Below, piece after piece: positions 26,847 through 36,330 of a stretch of DNA of 64,000 nt. The notes below the pieces were generated by a model. The model had not been told where the DNA came from. It searched no databases and worked only from the letters and a program-made list of their open reading frames with translations. Position 1 is the first letter of the stretch. The number at the start of each line of letters is the position of its first letter. The stretch lies in assembly GCA_963833225.1 (NCBI GenBank), contig CAWHXD010000017.1, positions 328,955 to 392,954 of the forward strand. Direction: 5' to 3'. Position numbers and translations under genes: made by a program. The stretch is from an uncultured Chloroflexia bacterium (GTDB taxonomy: Bacteria > Chloroflexota > Limnocylindria > Limnocylindrales > CSP1-4).

Positions 26847-27782
26847 CTATCGCGGGAGCCGGGCCTCGGGGACGCCGGCCGCGCCCTCCCGCGCCTCGAG
26901 CAGCCCCTCGCGGGCCATCGCCAGCACCGACTCGCGCACGGCTCCCGCGGGGTGATCGCCGATCGCGTCGTCGTACACGACCCACGTCCCGTCGCCGGCG
27001 TCGCGCGCCAGCTCCAGGATCCGGCCGCGGAGCCAGCGGCGCGTGGACGGGAACGCGGGCTCCGGCCGGCGGCGCGGGGCGGTGCCGACCGCATCGGCGG
27101 GCGGCCGCGCGCCCGCCGCATAGCGGCACCACGCGATGACCGGGCAGTCGGCGCAGCGCGGCCTCGACGGCCGGCACAGGCGGGCGCCCAGGTCCATCAG
27201 CGCGTGGGTCCAGGCACCCGGCCGGTCGGGTGGGACGGCGGCATCGGCGAGCGCCTGCATCGCGGCCACGGAGTACGCCTCGGGCCCACCCGCCGCGATC
27301 CGCCCCAGGACGCGACGGACGTTGGTGTCGACCGCCCCGGCCGGCGTCCCGAACGCGATCGCCGCTACCGCCCGCGCCGTGTACGGACCCACGCCCGGCA
27401 GCCTCTCGAGCGCGTCCACCGACGACGGCACGACGCCCGAGTGATCACGCACGATCGCCTGGGCCGTCCGGTGCAGGTGCACGGCCCGCCGGTTGTAGCC
27501 AAGCCCGGCCCACGCCCGGACCACCTCCGCGACAGGCGCAACCGCCAGGTCGCGAACGGTGGGCCAGCGAGCCATCCACGCGGTCCAGGCCTCGGCCGCC
27601 CGCTCTGCCTGGGTCTGCTGGGCCATCAGCTCCGACACGAGGACCGAGTACGGGTCCGCGCTGGCCCGGAAGGCGAGCTGGCGCCCGGTGGCGTCGTACC
27701 ACGCCAGGAGGGCGTCGCGAGCGTCGGTTGGCAGCGGGTCGACGGCGGGCAGCGGGTCGACGGGCGGTGTGGGGTCGGTCAC
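26847..27782 (-). CDS. mutY: A/G-specific adenine glycosylase (short form)
   Basis: VSELMAQQTQ, WAGLGYNRRA, HhH LPGVGPYTA, VDTNVRRV, FeS motif C-X6-C-X2-C-X5-C. Confidence 0.93.
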   Translation of the reverse strand: MTDPTPPVDPLPAVDPLPTDARDALLAWYDATGRQLAFRASADPYSVLVSELMAQQTQAERAAEAWTAWMARWPTVRDLAVAPVAEVVRAWAGLGYNRRAVHLHRTAQAIVRDHSGVVPSSVDALERLPGVGPYTARAVAAIAFGTPAGAVDTNVRRVLGRIAAGGPEAYSVAAMQALADAAVPPDRPGAWTHALMDLGARLCRPSRPRCADCPVIAWCRYAAGARPPADAVGTAPRRRPEPAFPSTRRWLRGRILELARDAGDGTWVVYDDAIGDHPAGAVRESVLAMAREGLLEAREGAAGVPEARLPR

Positions 27783-27800
27783 CCTGCCAAGGGTACGGAA

Positions 27801-28779
27801 CTAGGCGTCGAAGCGGACGGCGAGATAGCCCACCGTCCGGTCGGGCGGGCCGCCGGCATCGGCCGAGGTCGAGGCCGCGAGCAACGTCCCGCGCGACGCC
27901 CCCATGGCCCGCAGCGCCGCCAGCCCGAGAACGGCGGGCTCGATCCCGCACATGCCGCAGGCGACGCCCCGGATGCCGGCGACGCCGGCATCGCGAACCG
28001 CCGCCTCCTCGCGCGGCGAGCCGGACGGGATCGACCGCCGCGATCGCCGGCCACAGCCGCTCGGTCACGGCCTCGCACGCCGCGGCCGCTGGGTAGTGCG
28101 CCATGTCTGAGCTGATCGCCAGCACGACCGTGTCCCCCGCGTGCCGCCGGGCTGCCAGCAGCCTGCCGAGCCGCTCCCCCGCTTCGACCGCTCGCTCTCC
28201 CGTGCCGGATGCGACCGCGAGGGCCACAATCCTGGCGCCCGGCGACGCGACGGCCAGCAGCGGCAGCTGGACCTCGATCGAGTGCTCGCCGATGTGGGCA
28301 GCTGGGTCGGCCGTGAACGGCTCGCCGAGCGCGACCACCTCGGTGGTGAGGGCGTGGTCCACCTGGACCAGGTCCGCCGGCGTGACCCACGGCCCGCGAT
28401 CCCAGGCCCCGATGCCGTCGAGCCAGCCCGCACCGTGGTTCGTGCCCAGGATCACGACGGTCAGGCCCGGGGCGACCGCGTCGTCGTCGGTCGCGGCGCC
28501 GGTGGCGGCATCGTCTTGGCCGGCATCGTCGTGCGCGGCCGGAGCCGGCAGGGTCGCCCACCCGGCGGCGGCCGGAACCCCCGAGTACACGAGCCCCGCG
28601 TGCGGGACGAGGAGCCCAAGGGGCGGCGCGGATGCCGCGGATCGGGCGCCGGGCAGCTGCGAGGCGGCCTCGTAGAGCGCGGCGACCAGCTCGTCGAGCT
28701 GCTCGGGGGACGATGGATAGAAGCTCCCGGCCACCGCCGCCGGCCGGACCGGCCCGTGGCTCGTGGCGGCGTCGCTCAT
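27801..28779 (-). CDS. amrB: AmmeMemoRadiSam system protein B (Memo family; frameshift near 28010)
   Basis: RPAAVAGSFYP, PHAGLVYSG, EHSIEVQLP, SSDMAHY; other frame continues MCGIEP..TVGYLAVRF-stop. Confidence 0.9.
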
Positions 28780-29831
28780 GGCCGCGCTCGCTCCCAGATA
28801 CCCTCGATCACTCGACCGCAGCCCGGGCACCGGCCCCCCGCCTCCAGGCGCGAACGCGCCCGGTACCCACGCCGCTCCACGACGACGAGCTCACACCCCG
28901 GGCAGCGCGTGTCCTCTCGCCCGAGCTCGGGCGCATTGCCCACGTAGACATAGCGGAGGCCGGCCTCACGGCCGATCTCGGCCGCCCGGAGCAGCGTCGC
29001 TGGCGGCGTCGGGGGGACATCCGACATGCGGTAGGCGGGGTGGAAGCGCGAGACGTGCCATGGCACCCCGGGTCCCAGCCGTTCCACGATCCACTCGGTC
29101 AGCGCCCGCAGCTCCGCGTCGGAGTCGTTGTGCCCCGGGATCACGAGGGTCGTCAGCTCCAGCCAGGTGCCCGCCGCGTGGTACGCCTCGATCGCCTCGA
29201 GCACGTGGGCCAGGCGCGCCCCGCACAGGCGCCGGTAGAAGGCGTCGTCGAAGCTCTTGAGGTCCACGTTGGCCGCGTCGAGCACCCCCGCCAGCAGCCC
29301 GACCGCCTCCGGCGTCGCGTAGCCATCGGTCACGAACAGGTTGCGCAGGCCGGCGCCGCGGGCCAGCCGCCCGACGTCGAGCGCGTACTCCAGGAACACG
29401 GTGGGCTCGACGTACGTGTAGGCGATCGAGGTCGCGCCCGCCCGCTGGGCCTCGGCCACGACCGCGGCCGGCGACATCGGCCGCTGCTCCAGCTCCATGC
29501 CCAGCCGGGGTGCCATCGCGAGCTCCCAGTTCTGGCAGAAGGTGCAGTGGAAGGGACAGCCCGGCGTGGCGATCGAGTACGCGAGCGAGCCCGGGTCGAC
29601 GTGGAACAGCGGCTTCTTCTCGATCGGGTCGATGCCGAGGGCGGCGATCGCGCCGTACGCCTCGCACCACAGGGTCCCGCCGCGGTTCTCCCGGACACCG
29701 CAGATCCCGCGGCGGCCGTCGCGGACCAGGCAGCGATGCGCGCACGTGGCGCACCGGACCGCGCCGTCATCGGCCGGCGTCGCGAGGAGCGTCGGGACGG
29801 GCGCGGGGTGCGAGGTGGTCCGGGTCGCCAT
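28776..29831 (-). CDS. amrS: AmmeMemoRadiSam system radical SAM enzyme
   Basis: CATCAHRC..GICGVR, DPIEKKPLFH, GCPFHCTFCQNW, RFHPAY, YVYVGN, TRCPGC. Confidence 0.95.
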   Translation of the reverse strand: MATRTTSHPAPVPTLLATPADDGAVRCATCAHRCLVRDGRRGICGVRENRGGTLWCEAYGAIAALGIDPIEKKPLFHVDPGSLAYSIATPGCPFHCTFCQNWELAMAPRLGMELEQRPMSPAAVVAEAQRAGATSIAYTYVEPTVFLEYALDVGRLARGAGLRNLFVTDGYATPEAVGLLAGVLDAANVDLKSFDDAFYRRLCGARLAHVLEAIEAYHAAGTWLELTTLVIPGHNDSDAELRALTEWIVERLGPGVPWHVSRFHPAYRMSDVPPTPPATLLRAAEIGREAGLRYVYVGNAPELGREDTRCPGCELVVVERRGYRARSRLEAGGRCPGCGRVIEGIWERARP

Positions 29832-29958
29832 GGCCTTCGCCCAGTGTCACCCAGGGACGGCGCCGGCCCCAGTGCCGCCCGGTCCGGAATCGGGGCGTTC
29901 GGACCCTGCCATGGGGCGGCCGTCCGCGCGAGGATCACGGTGGACGGAGGTTCCTGCC

Positions 29959-30567
29959 ATGCCGAACCAGCCCGACACCCCCATCGCGCCGGGGGGTCCC
30001 GCCGCCGTGGAGCTCTCGAGCGCGGAGCGATCGCGCCTGCTGGAGCTCGCCAGGACGGCCGTCGCGGTCGCCGTTGGCGCCCGGCCCCGGGAGGAGCTGC
30101 AGACGCTGGTCGATACCGGGCCGCGCCCTGCCCTGCGCGCGGGCGCGTTCGTCACCCTGACCGAGGATGACCAGCTGCGCGGATGCATGGGCCGGCTCGA
30201 CGACGGGCAGCCGGCCTGGGTCTCGGTGGTCGAGGCGGCCCGGCTGGCGGCGCTCGGGGACCCGCGCTTCGGCGCCGTCACGCATCGCGAGCTGCCGCGG
30301 CTCCACCTGGAGGTCTCGGTGCTGGGGCCGATGGAGCCGCTGTCGGACCCCGCGGCGTTCCGGCCCGGGACCGACGGGCTCCTGATCTCGCGCGGCGGGC
30401 GCCGGGGGCTGCTGCTGCCCGAGGTCGCGGGGATGCTCGAGCCGCGCCACGACGCGATGCTCGATGCGGTCTGCCACAAGGCCGGCCTGCCGACGGATGC
30501 CTGGCGCGACCCGCAGACCGAGCTGCTGGTCTTCCGGACCTGCCGGTTCGGCGGTTCCGCGGCCTGA
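29959..30567 (+). CDS. amrA: AmmeMemoRadiSam system protein A (AMMECR1 domain)
   Basis: GAFVTL..LRGCMG, DPRF, EVSVL, GLLLPEV, CHKAGL; GGAGG RBS. Confidence 0.93.
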   Translation: MPNQPDTPIAPGGPAAVELSSAERSRLLELARTAVAVAVGARPREELQTLVDTGPRPALRAGAFVTLTEDDQLRGCMGRLDDGQPAWVSVVEAARLAALGDPRFGAVTHRELPRLHLEVSVLGPMEPLSDPAAFRPGTDGLLISRGGRRGLLLPEVAGMLEPRHDAMLDAVCHKAGLPTDAWRDPQTELLVFRTCRFGGSAA

Positions 30568-30629
30568 GCTGGGCGCATCCCCGGTCCACCGGCGGCCGTA
30601 CCATGGCCCGACGCATGGAGGAGTCCACG

Positions 30630-31553
30630 GTGACGCGGTTCGGAGCCGCCTTCTGGGCGCAGCACACGGGCTGGCCCGAGCTACGGGATGCCGTGCTGCG
30701 GGCGGAAGCCGCCGGCTTCGACGACCTGTGGATCGACGACCACCTCCTGTCCGACGAGGCCCAGTCGCCCGATCCCAAGCTCGAGGGCTGGACGGCGCTC
30801 GCGGCCATCGCCGCGGTGACCACCCGGGCGCGGGTGGGGCACATGGTCGTCGCCAACACGTTCCGCAACCCGGGTCTCACCGCCAAGATGGCCACCACCG
30901 TGGACCACGTTTCCGGTGGGCGGTTCGTGCTCGGCCTGGGCGCCGGGTGGTTCGAGCGGGAGCACGAGGCGTTCGGCCTCGACTTCGGGAGTGGCGTGGG
31001 CGAGCGGCTCGACCGGCTGGGAGAGGCCGTGCCGCTGATCCGCCGCCTGCTGGACGGCGAGACGGTCACCCACGAGGGCCGGTTCTACGCGTTCCGCGAC
31101 GCCATCTGCGCCCCGCGCCCCGTGCAGCCGCACCTCCCGATCCTCATCGGCGGCGCCGGCCCCAGGAAGACGCTGCCGCTGGTTGCCCGGTATGCCGACC
31201 TGTGGAACACGTACGGGACCCCCGCTGAGCTCGCCGCCCACGACGCCAACCTGCGTGCCTCCTGCGAGGCTGCCGGGCGTGACGAGCGGGAGATCGAGCG
31301 CACGGTCAACGTCAACATCGTGATCCGCGAGACGCGCAAGGCGGCCGAGCGGGCATGGTCCGGGTGGGCGGCCGTCCACCGGCCGCAGGACGGCGAGGAC
31401 CGGTTGTCGGCGGCGGGCACGGTCGAGGAGGTGGCCGAGGCACTCGCCCGTTACCAGGCGGTGGGGTTCGCGCACCCGGTGCTGGTGTTCCGGACGCCGT
31501 GGGACCTCGAGACGATGGACCGGCTGCCGGAGCTGCGGGCGGCGCTGGGCTGA
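30630..31553 (+). CDS. LLM class (probably F420-dependent) oxidoreductase
   Basis: GFDDLWIDDH, EGWTALAA, FRNPGLTAKMATTVDHVSGGRFVLGLGAGW, PILIGG; GTG after GGAGGAG. Confidence 0.9.
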   Translation: MTRFGAAFWAQHTGWPELRDAVLRAEAAGFDDLWIDDHLLSDEAQSPDPKLEGWTALAAIAAVTTRARVGHMVVANTFRNPGLTAKMATTVDHVSGGRFVLGLGAGWFEREHEAFGLDFGSGVGERLDRLGEAVPLIRRLLDGETVTHEGRFYAFRDAICAPRPVQPHLPILIGGAGPRKTLPLVARYADLWNTYGTPAELAAHDANLRASCEAAGRDEREIERTVNVNIVIRETRKAAERAWSGWAAVHRPQDGEDRLSAAGTVEEVAEALARYQAVGFAHPVLVFRTPWDLETMDRLPELRAALG

Positions 31554-31657
31554 GCCCCCGGGGGTCCGTTGCCGCAGCCCGGTTGACGGGAGTCGCGGCG
31601 CGGGACGCCACGGCGGGCGGCATCCGATGGCGCGCCGACGTGCGCCACGGCCACGTC

Positions 31658-33118
31658 TCAGACGGGAGCCACCAGGCCCTCGGCCTCCGCGCCGGTACCC
31701 AGCCACTCCCGGGTCCGGATCGCAGCCGCGAGTCCCTGGGTGACGCAGTCGGGCAGCCCGACGCCCCGGTACGAGGCGCCCGCGACCGTCACCGCGGGCC
31801 ACGCGGTCATCGCAGCCTCGATCGCGGCTATCCGGTCAAGGTGCCCCACCGTGTACCGCGGCATGGCGCCGTCCCAGCGCGAGACGCGCACCAGGAGCGG
31901 CTCCGCGGCGACACGCAGGGTCCCCTCCACCTCTGCCCGGGCGGCCGCGATCAGGTCGGGCTCAGAAAGGGTGGTGGCGCTGCCCTCGTCACGCACGAAC
32001 ATCCGGACCAGGACCACATCGTCGGGGGCACGGTCCGGCCACTTCTCGGACGACCAGGTGCAGGCGGAGATCGGGCCGCCCTCCGATGCCGGGATGAGGT
32101 AGCCGTGGCCCACGAGCTCGCGGCTCACGTGCTCGCGCCGGTAGGCCAGCGTCACGAGGATCGACGTGCCGTGCGGGACCCCGCCGAGCGCCGCCGTCGC
32201 CCCCGGGACCTCGCCCTCGAGCAGGCGCGCGGCCACGGGCGCCGGCACGGCCAGGATCGCGCCGTCGAACCGGGCCAGCGACCCGTCCTCGAACCGGGCC
32301 GCGATCCCGGTCCCGGCGCGGCTGAGCGACCGGACCCCGAAGCCCGTCCGCAGCTCGGCTCCACCGAGCGTCAGCGAGCTCTCGAGCGCATCGACCAGCG
32401 TCCCCATCCCGCCGCGCAGCGACACGAACACACCCAGGGGCTTCGCAGCCGGGGCGTCCGCCGTGGCGGACGCCGCCGCCGCGGCCCGCTTCGCCGCCGC
32501 CTCGCGCATCGCCTTCCCGTCGGCCAGGCCCGCCAGGAGCAGGCTGCGGTGCTCGCGCTCGGCCGTCCGCAGCTGGGGCACGACCGCGTCGAGCGAGAGC
32601 TCGTCGATCGGGGTTCCGTACACGCCGCCCACGAGCGGCCCGGCGAGCCGGTCTACCAGGGGCGACCCCAGGCGGCGGCGCAGGAACGTGCCCACGGCGA
32701 TGTCGTCGACGGGGAGCTGCCGCGGCGAGACCACGTCCCTCGCCATCCGCAGCTTCTCCGACCAGGAGAACAGCCGCGTCCGGGCGAACGGCAGCACCTT
32801 CGTCGGCAGCACGAGCCCCAGCCCCTCGGGCATCGGCACGAGCTCGCCCCGGAGCCGGATGTAGACCGCACGCGGGTCCCGCGTGCCCACCAGCTCGGAG
32901 CCCAGCCCCAGCTCGCGGCACAGCGTCACCGCCGCCGGCCGGGTGGCCACGAACGAGTCCGGCCCCTGCTCCAGCACCAGCCCGTCCACGCGCTCCGTGG
33001 CGATCTTGCCGCCCAGGCGCGGGCCAGCATCCACGAGGGTGACGGGCACCCCATCGCGGGCGAGGGCGCGGGCGGCGGCGAGACCGGTGATCCCGCCGCC
33101 GATGACCAGGACGCTCAT
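31658..33118 (-). CDS. hemY: HemY-type proto/coproporphyrinogen oxidase
   Basis: GGGITGLAAA, LGGKI, EQGPDSF, SSEKWPDRAP, MPRYTVGH, GVGLPDCV. Confidence 0.93.
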   Translation of the reverse strand: MSVLVIGGGITGLAAARALARDGVPVTLVDAGPRLGGKIATERVDGLVLEQGPDSFVATRPAAVTLCRELGLGSELVGTRDPRAVYIRLRGELVPMPEGLGLVLPTKVLPFARTRLFSWSEKLRMARDVVSPRQLPVDDIAVGTFLRRRLGSPLVDRLAGPLVGGVYGTPIDELSLDAVVPQLRTAEREHRSLLLAGLADGKAMREAAAKRAAAAASATADAPAAKPLGVFVSLRGGMGTLVDALESSLTLGGAELRTGFGVRSLSRAGTGIAARFEDGSLARFDGAILAVPAPVAARLLEGEVPGATAALGGVPHGTSILVTLAYRREHVSRELVGHGYLIPASEGGPISACTWSSEKWPDRAPDDVVLVRMFVRDEGSATTLSEPDLIAAARAEVEGTLRVAAEPLLVRVSRWDGAMPRYTVGHLDRIAAIEAAMTAWPAVTVAGASYRGVGLPDCVTQGLAAAIRTREWLGTGAEAEGLVAPV

Positions 33119-33133
33119 GCCATCGACCGTGCG

Positions 33134-34321
33134 CTACGCCATCCCGTACTGGGGGGCGCGGCCGGACGGCACATACGGGCACAGCGGATCGGACTCGAGC
33201 GGGTCGCCGGTCCAGGCGTAGGCCCGGGCCCGCGAGCCGCCGCACACCCGCGCGAACTCGCAGGCGCCGCAGCGGCCCTTGAAGCCCTCGGGATTGCGGA
33301 GCCCCCGCATGACCTCGTGGTCGCGGTACAGGTCCACGATCGAGTCGGTGCGGACGTTCCCGAGCGGGATCGGCAGGAATCCGGACGGGTTCACGATGCC
33401 CTCGTGGTTGATGAACACGATGCCGTTGCCGTCGCGGATGCCGAATCCGCGGCCGACGGACGTGGTGAGGATCTCCTCGGGCGTCTTGCCCTCCACCTCC
33501 CACTCGCGGATCGCATGTCGGCGGTAGTGCGTGGCCTCGGTCGTCTTGACCTGGAACGGGGCGGTCCGCCCGAGGTCAAACAGCCAGGCGTTGAGCTTCT
33601 CGGACTCGCCCGGCGTGATCTCCTTGAGCGCGGAACCGCGGCCGGTCGTGATCAGCATGAACAGCGCCCAGCGCATCACGTCCATGCCGACGAGCAGCTC
33701 GTAGATCGCCGGCAGGTCCTCGAGGGTCTGGTCCGTGACCAGGGTGTTGACCTGGATCGGGAGGCCGGCGGCGCGGGCCCATTTCGCCGCCTGGAGGGTC
33801 TTGTCGAACGTTCCCTCGACCATTCGGAAGCCATCATGGCGCTCGGCGCTGGAGCCGTCGATGGAGAGGCTGATGTTCTGGATGCCGGCATCGCGCAGGC
33901 TCTCCAGGACCTCCTGGGTCAGCAGCGGGGTAGCGGCGGGCGCCAGCGAGGCGCCGATCCGCCGCTCCGTCGCGGCGCGGACGAGCTCATGGAGGTCGGG
34001 GCGATTGAGCGGGTCGCCACCCGTGAACACGACGTGCGGGTACGGCCGCCCGAACCTCGTGATCTCGTCGAGCAGCCGCTCGCCCTCGCGCGTGGTGAGC
34101 TCGAGCGGGTTGCGCTCGGCCATCGCGTCGGCGCGGCAGTGCCGACAGGCGAGGCCGCAGGCGAGCGTGGTCTCCCAGTACACCAGCATCGGCGCACGGT
34201 CGTAGACGTAGCCCTTGGCGCGGACGGCGCCAACCCCGGTGATTCCCGGGTGGCCGCCGGGGTGACCGCCCGGATGCCCGGAGGGCCGGCCGGCAGGAAC
34301 GGGATCGATGGTCGTGGTCAT
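33134..34321 (-). CDS. Radical SAM/SPASM protein (TIGR04053 / AhbD-NirJ-like)
   Basis: WETTLACGLACRHCRA, TGGDP, KTTEATHYRR, PSGFLP, CGACEF..CGGSRARAY..DPLC. Confidence 0.9.
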   Translation of the reverse strand: MTTTIDPVPAGRPSGHPGGHPGGHPGITGVGAVRAKGYVYDRAPMLVYWETTLACGLACRHCRADAMAERNPLELTTREGERLLDEITRFGRPYPHVVFTGGDPLNRPDLHELVRAATERRIGASLAPAATPLLTQEVLESLRDAGIQNISLSIDGSSAERHDGFRMVEGTFDKTLQAAKWARAAGLPIQVNTLVTDQTLEDLPAIYELLVGMDVMRWALFMLITTGRGSALKEITPGESEKLNAWLFDLGRTAPFQVKTTEATHYRRHAIREWEVEGKTPEEILTTSVGRGFGIRDGNGIVFINHEGIVNPSGFLPIPLGNVRTDSIVDLYRDHEVMRGLRNPEGFKGRCGACEFARVCGGSRARAYAWTGDPLESDPLCPYVPSGRAPQYGMA

Positions 34322-34339
34322 GGCAGTTCGCTCCTGGCC

Positions 34340-35263
34340 TCAGGCGGCGGTGACGGGGCGGAGGGACGCGGCCGCGATGTCGGCCAGGCCCGCGATGAAC
34401 GTCGGATCGGTGTTCATCGAGCGCGCGCGCTCGATGCGGATGCCCACATCGCGGGCCACGCCCTGGGCCTCGATGTCGATGTCGAACAGGACCTCCAGGT
34501 GGTCGGCAACGAAGCCGACCGGCCTGATCACCAGGCCGCGCACGCCCTCGGCGGCGAGGCGGCGGATCTCGACCAGGATGTCGGGTCCAAGCCACGGCTC
34601 ATCGGTGCGGCCGGCGCTCTGGAACGCGAAGTCGTAGTCGTCGATGCCCAGCTCGCGTGCAACCAGGGCGGCCGTCGCGGCCAGCTCGGTCGGGTACGGG
34701 TCGCCGTCGGCGAGCACCCGCGCCGGCAGGCTGTGGGCGGTGAACATGACCCGGACGCCGGCCGAGTCCTCGAACCGCCCGAGCGCCTCCCGTGCCGTCT
34801 GAGCGAGCGCCTCGATGAACAGGGGCTGGTCATGCCAGGAGGCCACGAAGTCCACGGTCGGGGCGTCGCCACCAAGCTCGGCGAGGGCGACGTCCACCGC
34901 ACGCCGGTAGCCCGCGGCATTGGACGACGCCTGCGGGGCGAGCGCGATCGCCGTGAAGTGCCGCACGCCGTCCGCGGCCATGCCCTTCACGATGTCCCCG
35001 ATCCGCGGCGCGATGTGCCGCATCCCGGCGTAGACGGGGACCGGCAGGCCTCGTGAGGCGAGCTCGAGGGCAAGCGCGGCCCGTTGCGCCTCCACGATGT
35101 GCGACAGGGGCGACCCGCCACCGATCGCGCGGTACCGATCCAGCAGCTCCTCGAGGAGGTGCGGCGGGGGCGGCGAGCCGCGGCGAATGTCGGTGTAGTA
35201 GGCCTCGACCTGGTCGAGCGAGTCCGGGGACCCGTAGGCCATGAGCAGGACGGCATCGGTCAC
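34340..35263 (-). CDS. hemH: Ferrochelatase (coproporphyrin-type)
   Basis: LMAYGSP, RYRAIGG, FTAHSLP, FQSAG..WLGPD, GFVADHLEVLFDID. Confidence 0.95.
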   Translation of the reverse strand: MTDAVLLMAYGSPDSLDQVEAYYTDIRRGSPPPPHLLEELLDRYRAIGGGSPLSHIVEAQRAALALELASRGLPVPVYAGMRHIAPRIGDIVKGMAADGVRHFTAIALAPQASSNAAGYRRAVDVALAELGGDAPTVDFVASWHDQPLFIEALAQTAREALGRFEDSAGVRVMFTAHSLPARVLADGDPYPTELAATAALVARELGIDDYDFAFQSAGRTDEPWLGPDILVEIRRLAAEGVRGLVIRPVGFVADHLEVLFDIDIEAQGVARDVGIRIERARSMNTDPTFIAGLADIAAASLRPVTAA

Positions 35264-36330
35264 TTGGTCGCTCCGTGGTCGTGGACCAGGTCCACGAGTC
35301 GCTTGAGGTGATCCGGGTCCGTTGCCGGCAGGACGCCGTGACCCAGGTTGAAGATGTGGCCGGGCCGGCGGTCATTCTCCGCCAGCACCCAGCGGGCCGC
35401 CTCCTCGACGCCCTCCCAGGGGCCCAGGAGGAGCACCGGGTCCAGGTTCCCCTGCACGGCGCGGTCGCCCACCAACCGCCGGCCCTCCGCAAGGGCGATC
35501 CGCCAGTCGAGGCCGATGACGTCGCCGCCGGCCTGCGCCTGGAGCGGCAGGATGCCGCCGGTCCCCACACCGAAGTGGGTGGCCGGGACACCGAGCGGTT
35601 CGATTCCCTCGAACAGCCGGCGCATCCACGGCCACAGGCGCCGCTCGTAGTCGAGCGGCGAGAGGCCCCCGACCCAGCTGTCGAAGACCTGGACGGCCTC
35701 GACACCGGCGGCCACCTGGGCTCGCAGGTAGGCGATCGTCGCGTCGACCAGCCGGTCGAGCAGCGCGGCCCACATCGCGGGTTCCGCATGCATCAGCCGC
35801 TTGGTCGTCACGAAGTCGCGCGACGGCCCGCCCTCGACGAGGTAGCAGGCGAGCGTGAACGGGGCGCCCGCGAAGCCGATGAGCGGCACCGGCGACTCGG
35901 CACGGATGAGCCGGATCGCGTCCAGCAGGGACGCCACGGCCTCGTCCGGGTCGAACGCGCGCAGCGCCTCCACGTCCGCCATCGTCCGGATCGGCCGCTC
36001 GATGACCGGGCCACGGCCCTCCACGATGTCGAAGCCCACGCCGAGCCCGGCAAACGGGGTCGTGATGTCGGCGAACAGGATCGCGGCGTCCACGCCCAGC
36101 CGGCGGACGGGCTGGAGCGTGACCTCGGCGCACAGGGCCGGGTCGCGGGTGATCTCGAGCAGGGTCGCGTGCTCGCGGATGGCGCGGTACTCGGGCAGCG
36201 CCCGGCCGGCCTGGCGCATGAACCAGACCGGCGTGGTGTCCACCGGCAGGCCGTGGGCCGCGCGGAGGTAGCGCGCCTCGGGACGGGGAGCCGGCACCTG
36301 ACCGCCGACGGGTGCGACCTCGGTCGTCAT
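35260..36330 (-). CDS. hemE: Uroporphyrinogen decarboxylase
   Basis: PVWFMRQAGR, AAILFADI, GFAGAPFTL, QGNLDP, FNLGHG. Confidence 0.97.
   Translation of the reverse strand: MTTEVAPVGGQVPAPRPEARYLRAAHGLPVDTTPVWFMRQAGRALPEYRAIREHATLLEITRDPALCAEVTLQPVRRLGVDAAILFADITTPFAGLGVGFDIVEGRGPVIERPIRTMADVEALRAFDPDEAVASLLDAIRLIRAESPVPLIGFAGAPFTLACYLVEGGPSRDFVTTKRLMHAEPAMWAALLDRLVDATIAYLRAQVAAGVEAVQVFDSWVGGLSPLDYERRLWPWMRRLFEGIEPLGVPATHFGVGTGGILPLQAQAGGDVIGLDWRIALAEGRRLVGDRAVQGNLDPVLLLGPWEGVEEAARWVLAENDRRPGHIFNLGHGVLPATDPDHLKRLVDLVHDHGATK

Noticed and set aside
31355-35056. Long antisense and alternative-frame ORFs (e.g. 1233 aa here; also 25797-28115, 42583-44889, 38545-40563)
   Set aside because: Shadow ORFs of high-GC genes on the opposite strand; Arg/Gly/Pro-rich with no motifs.
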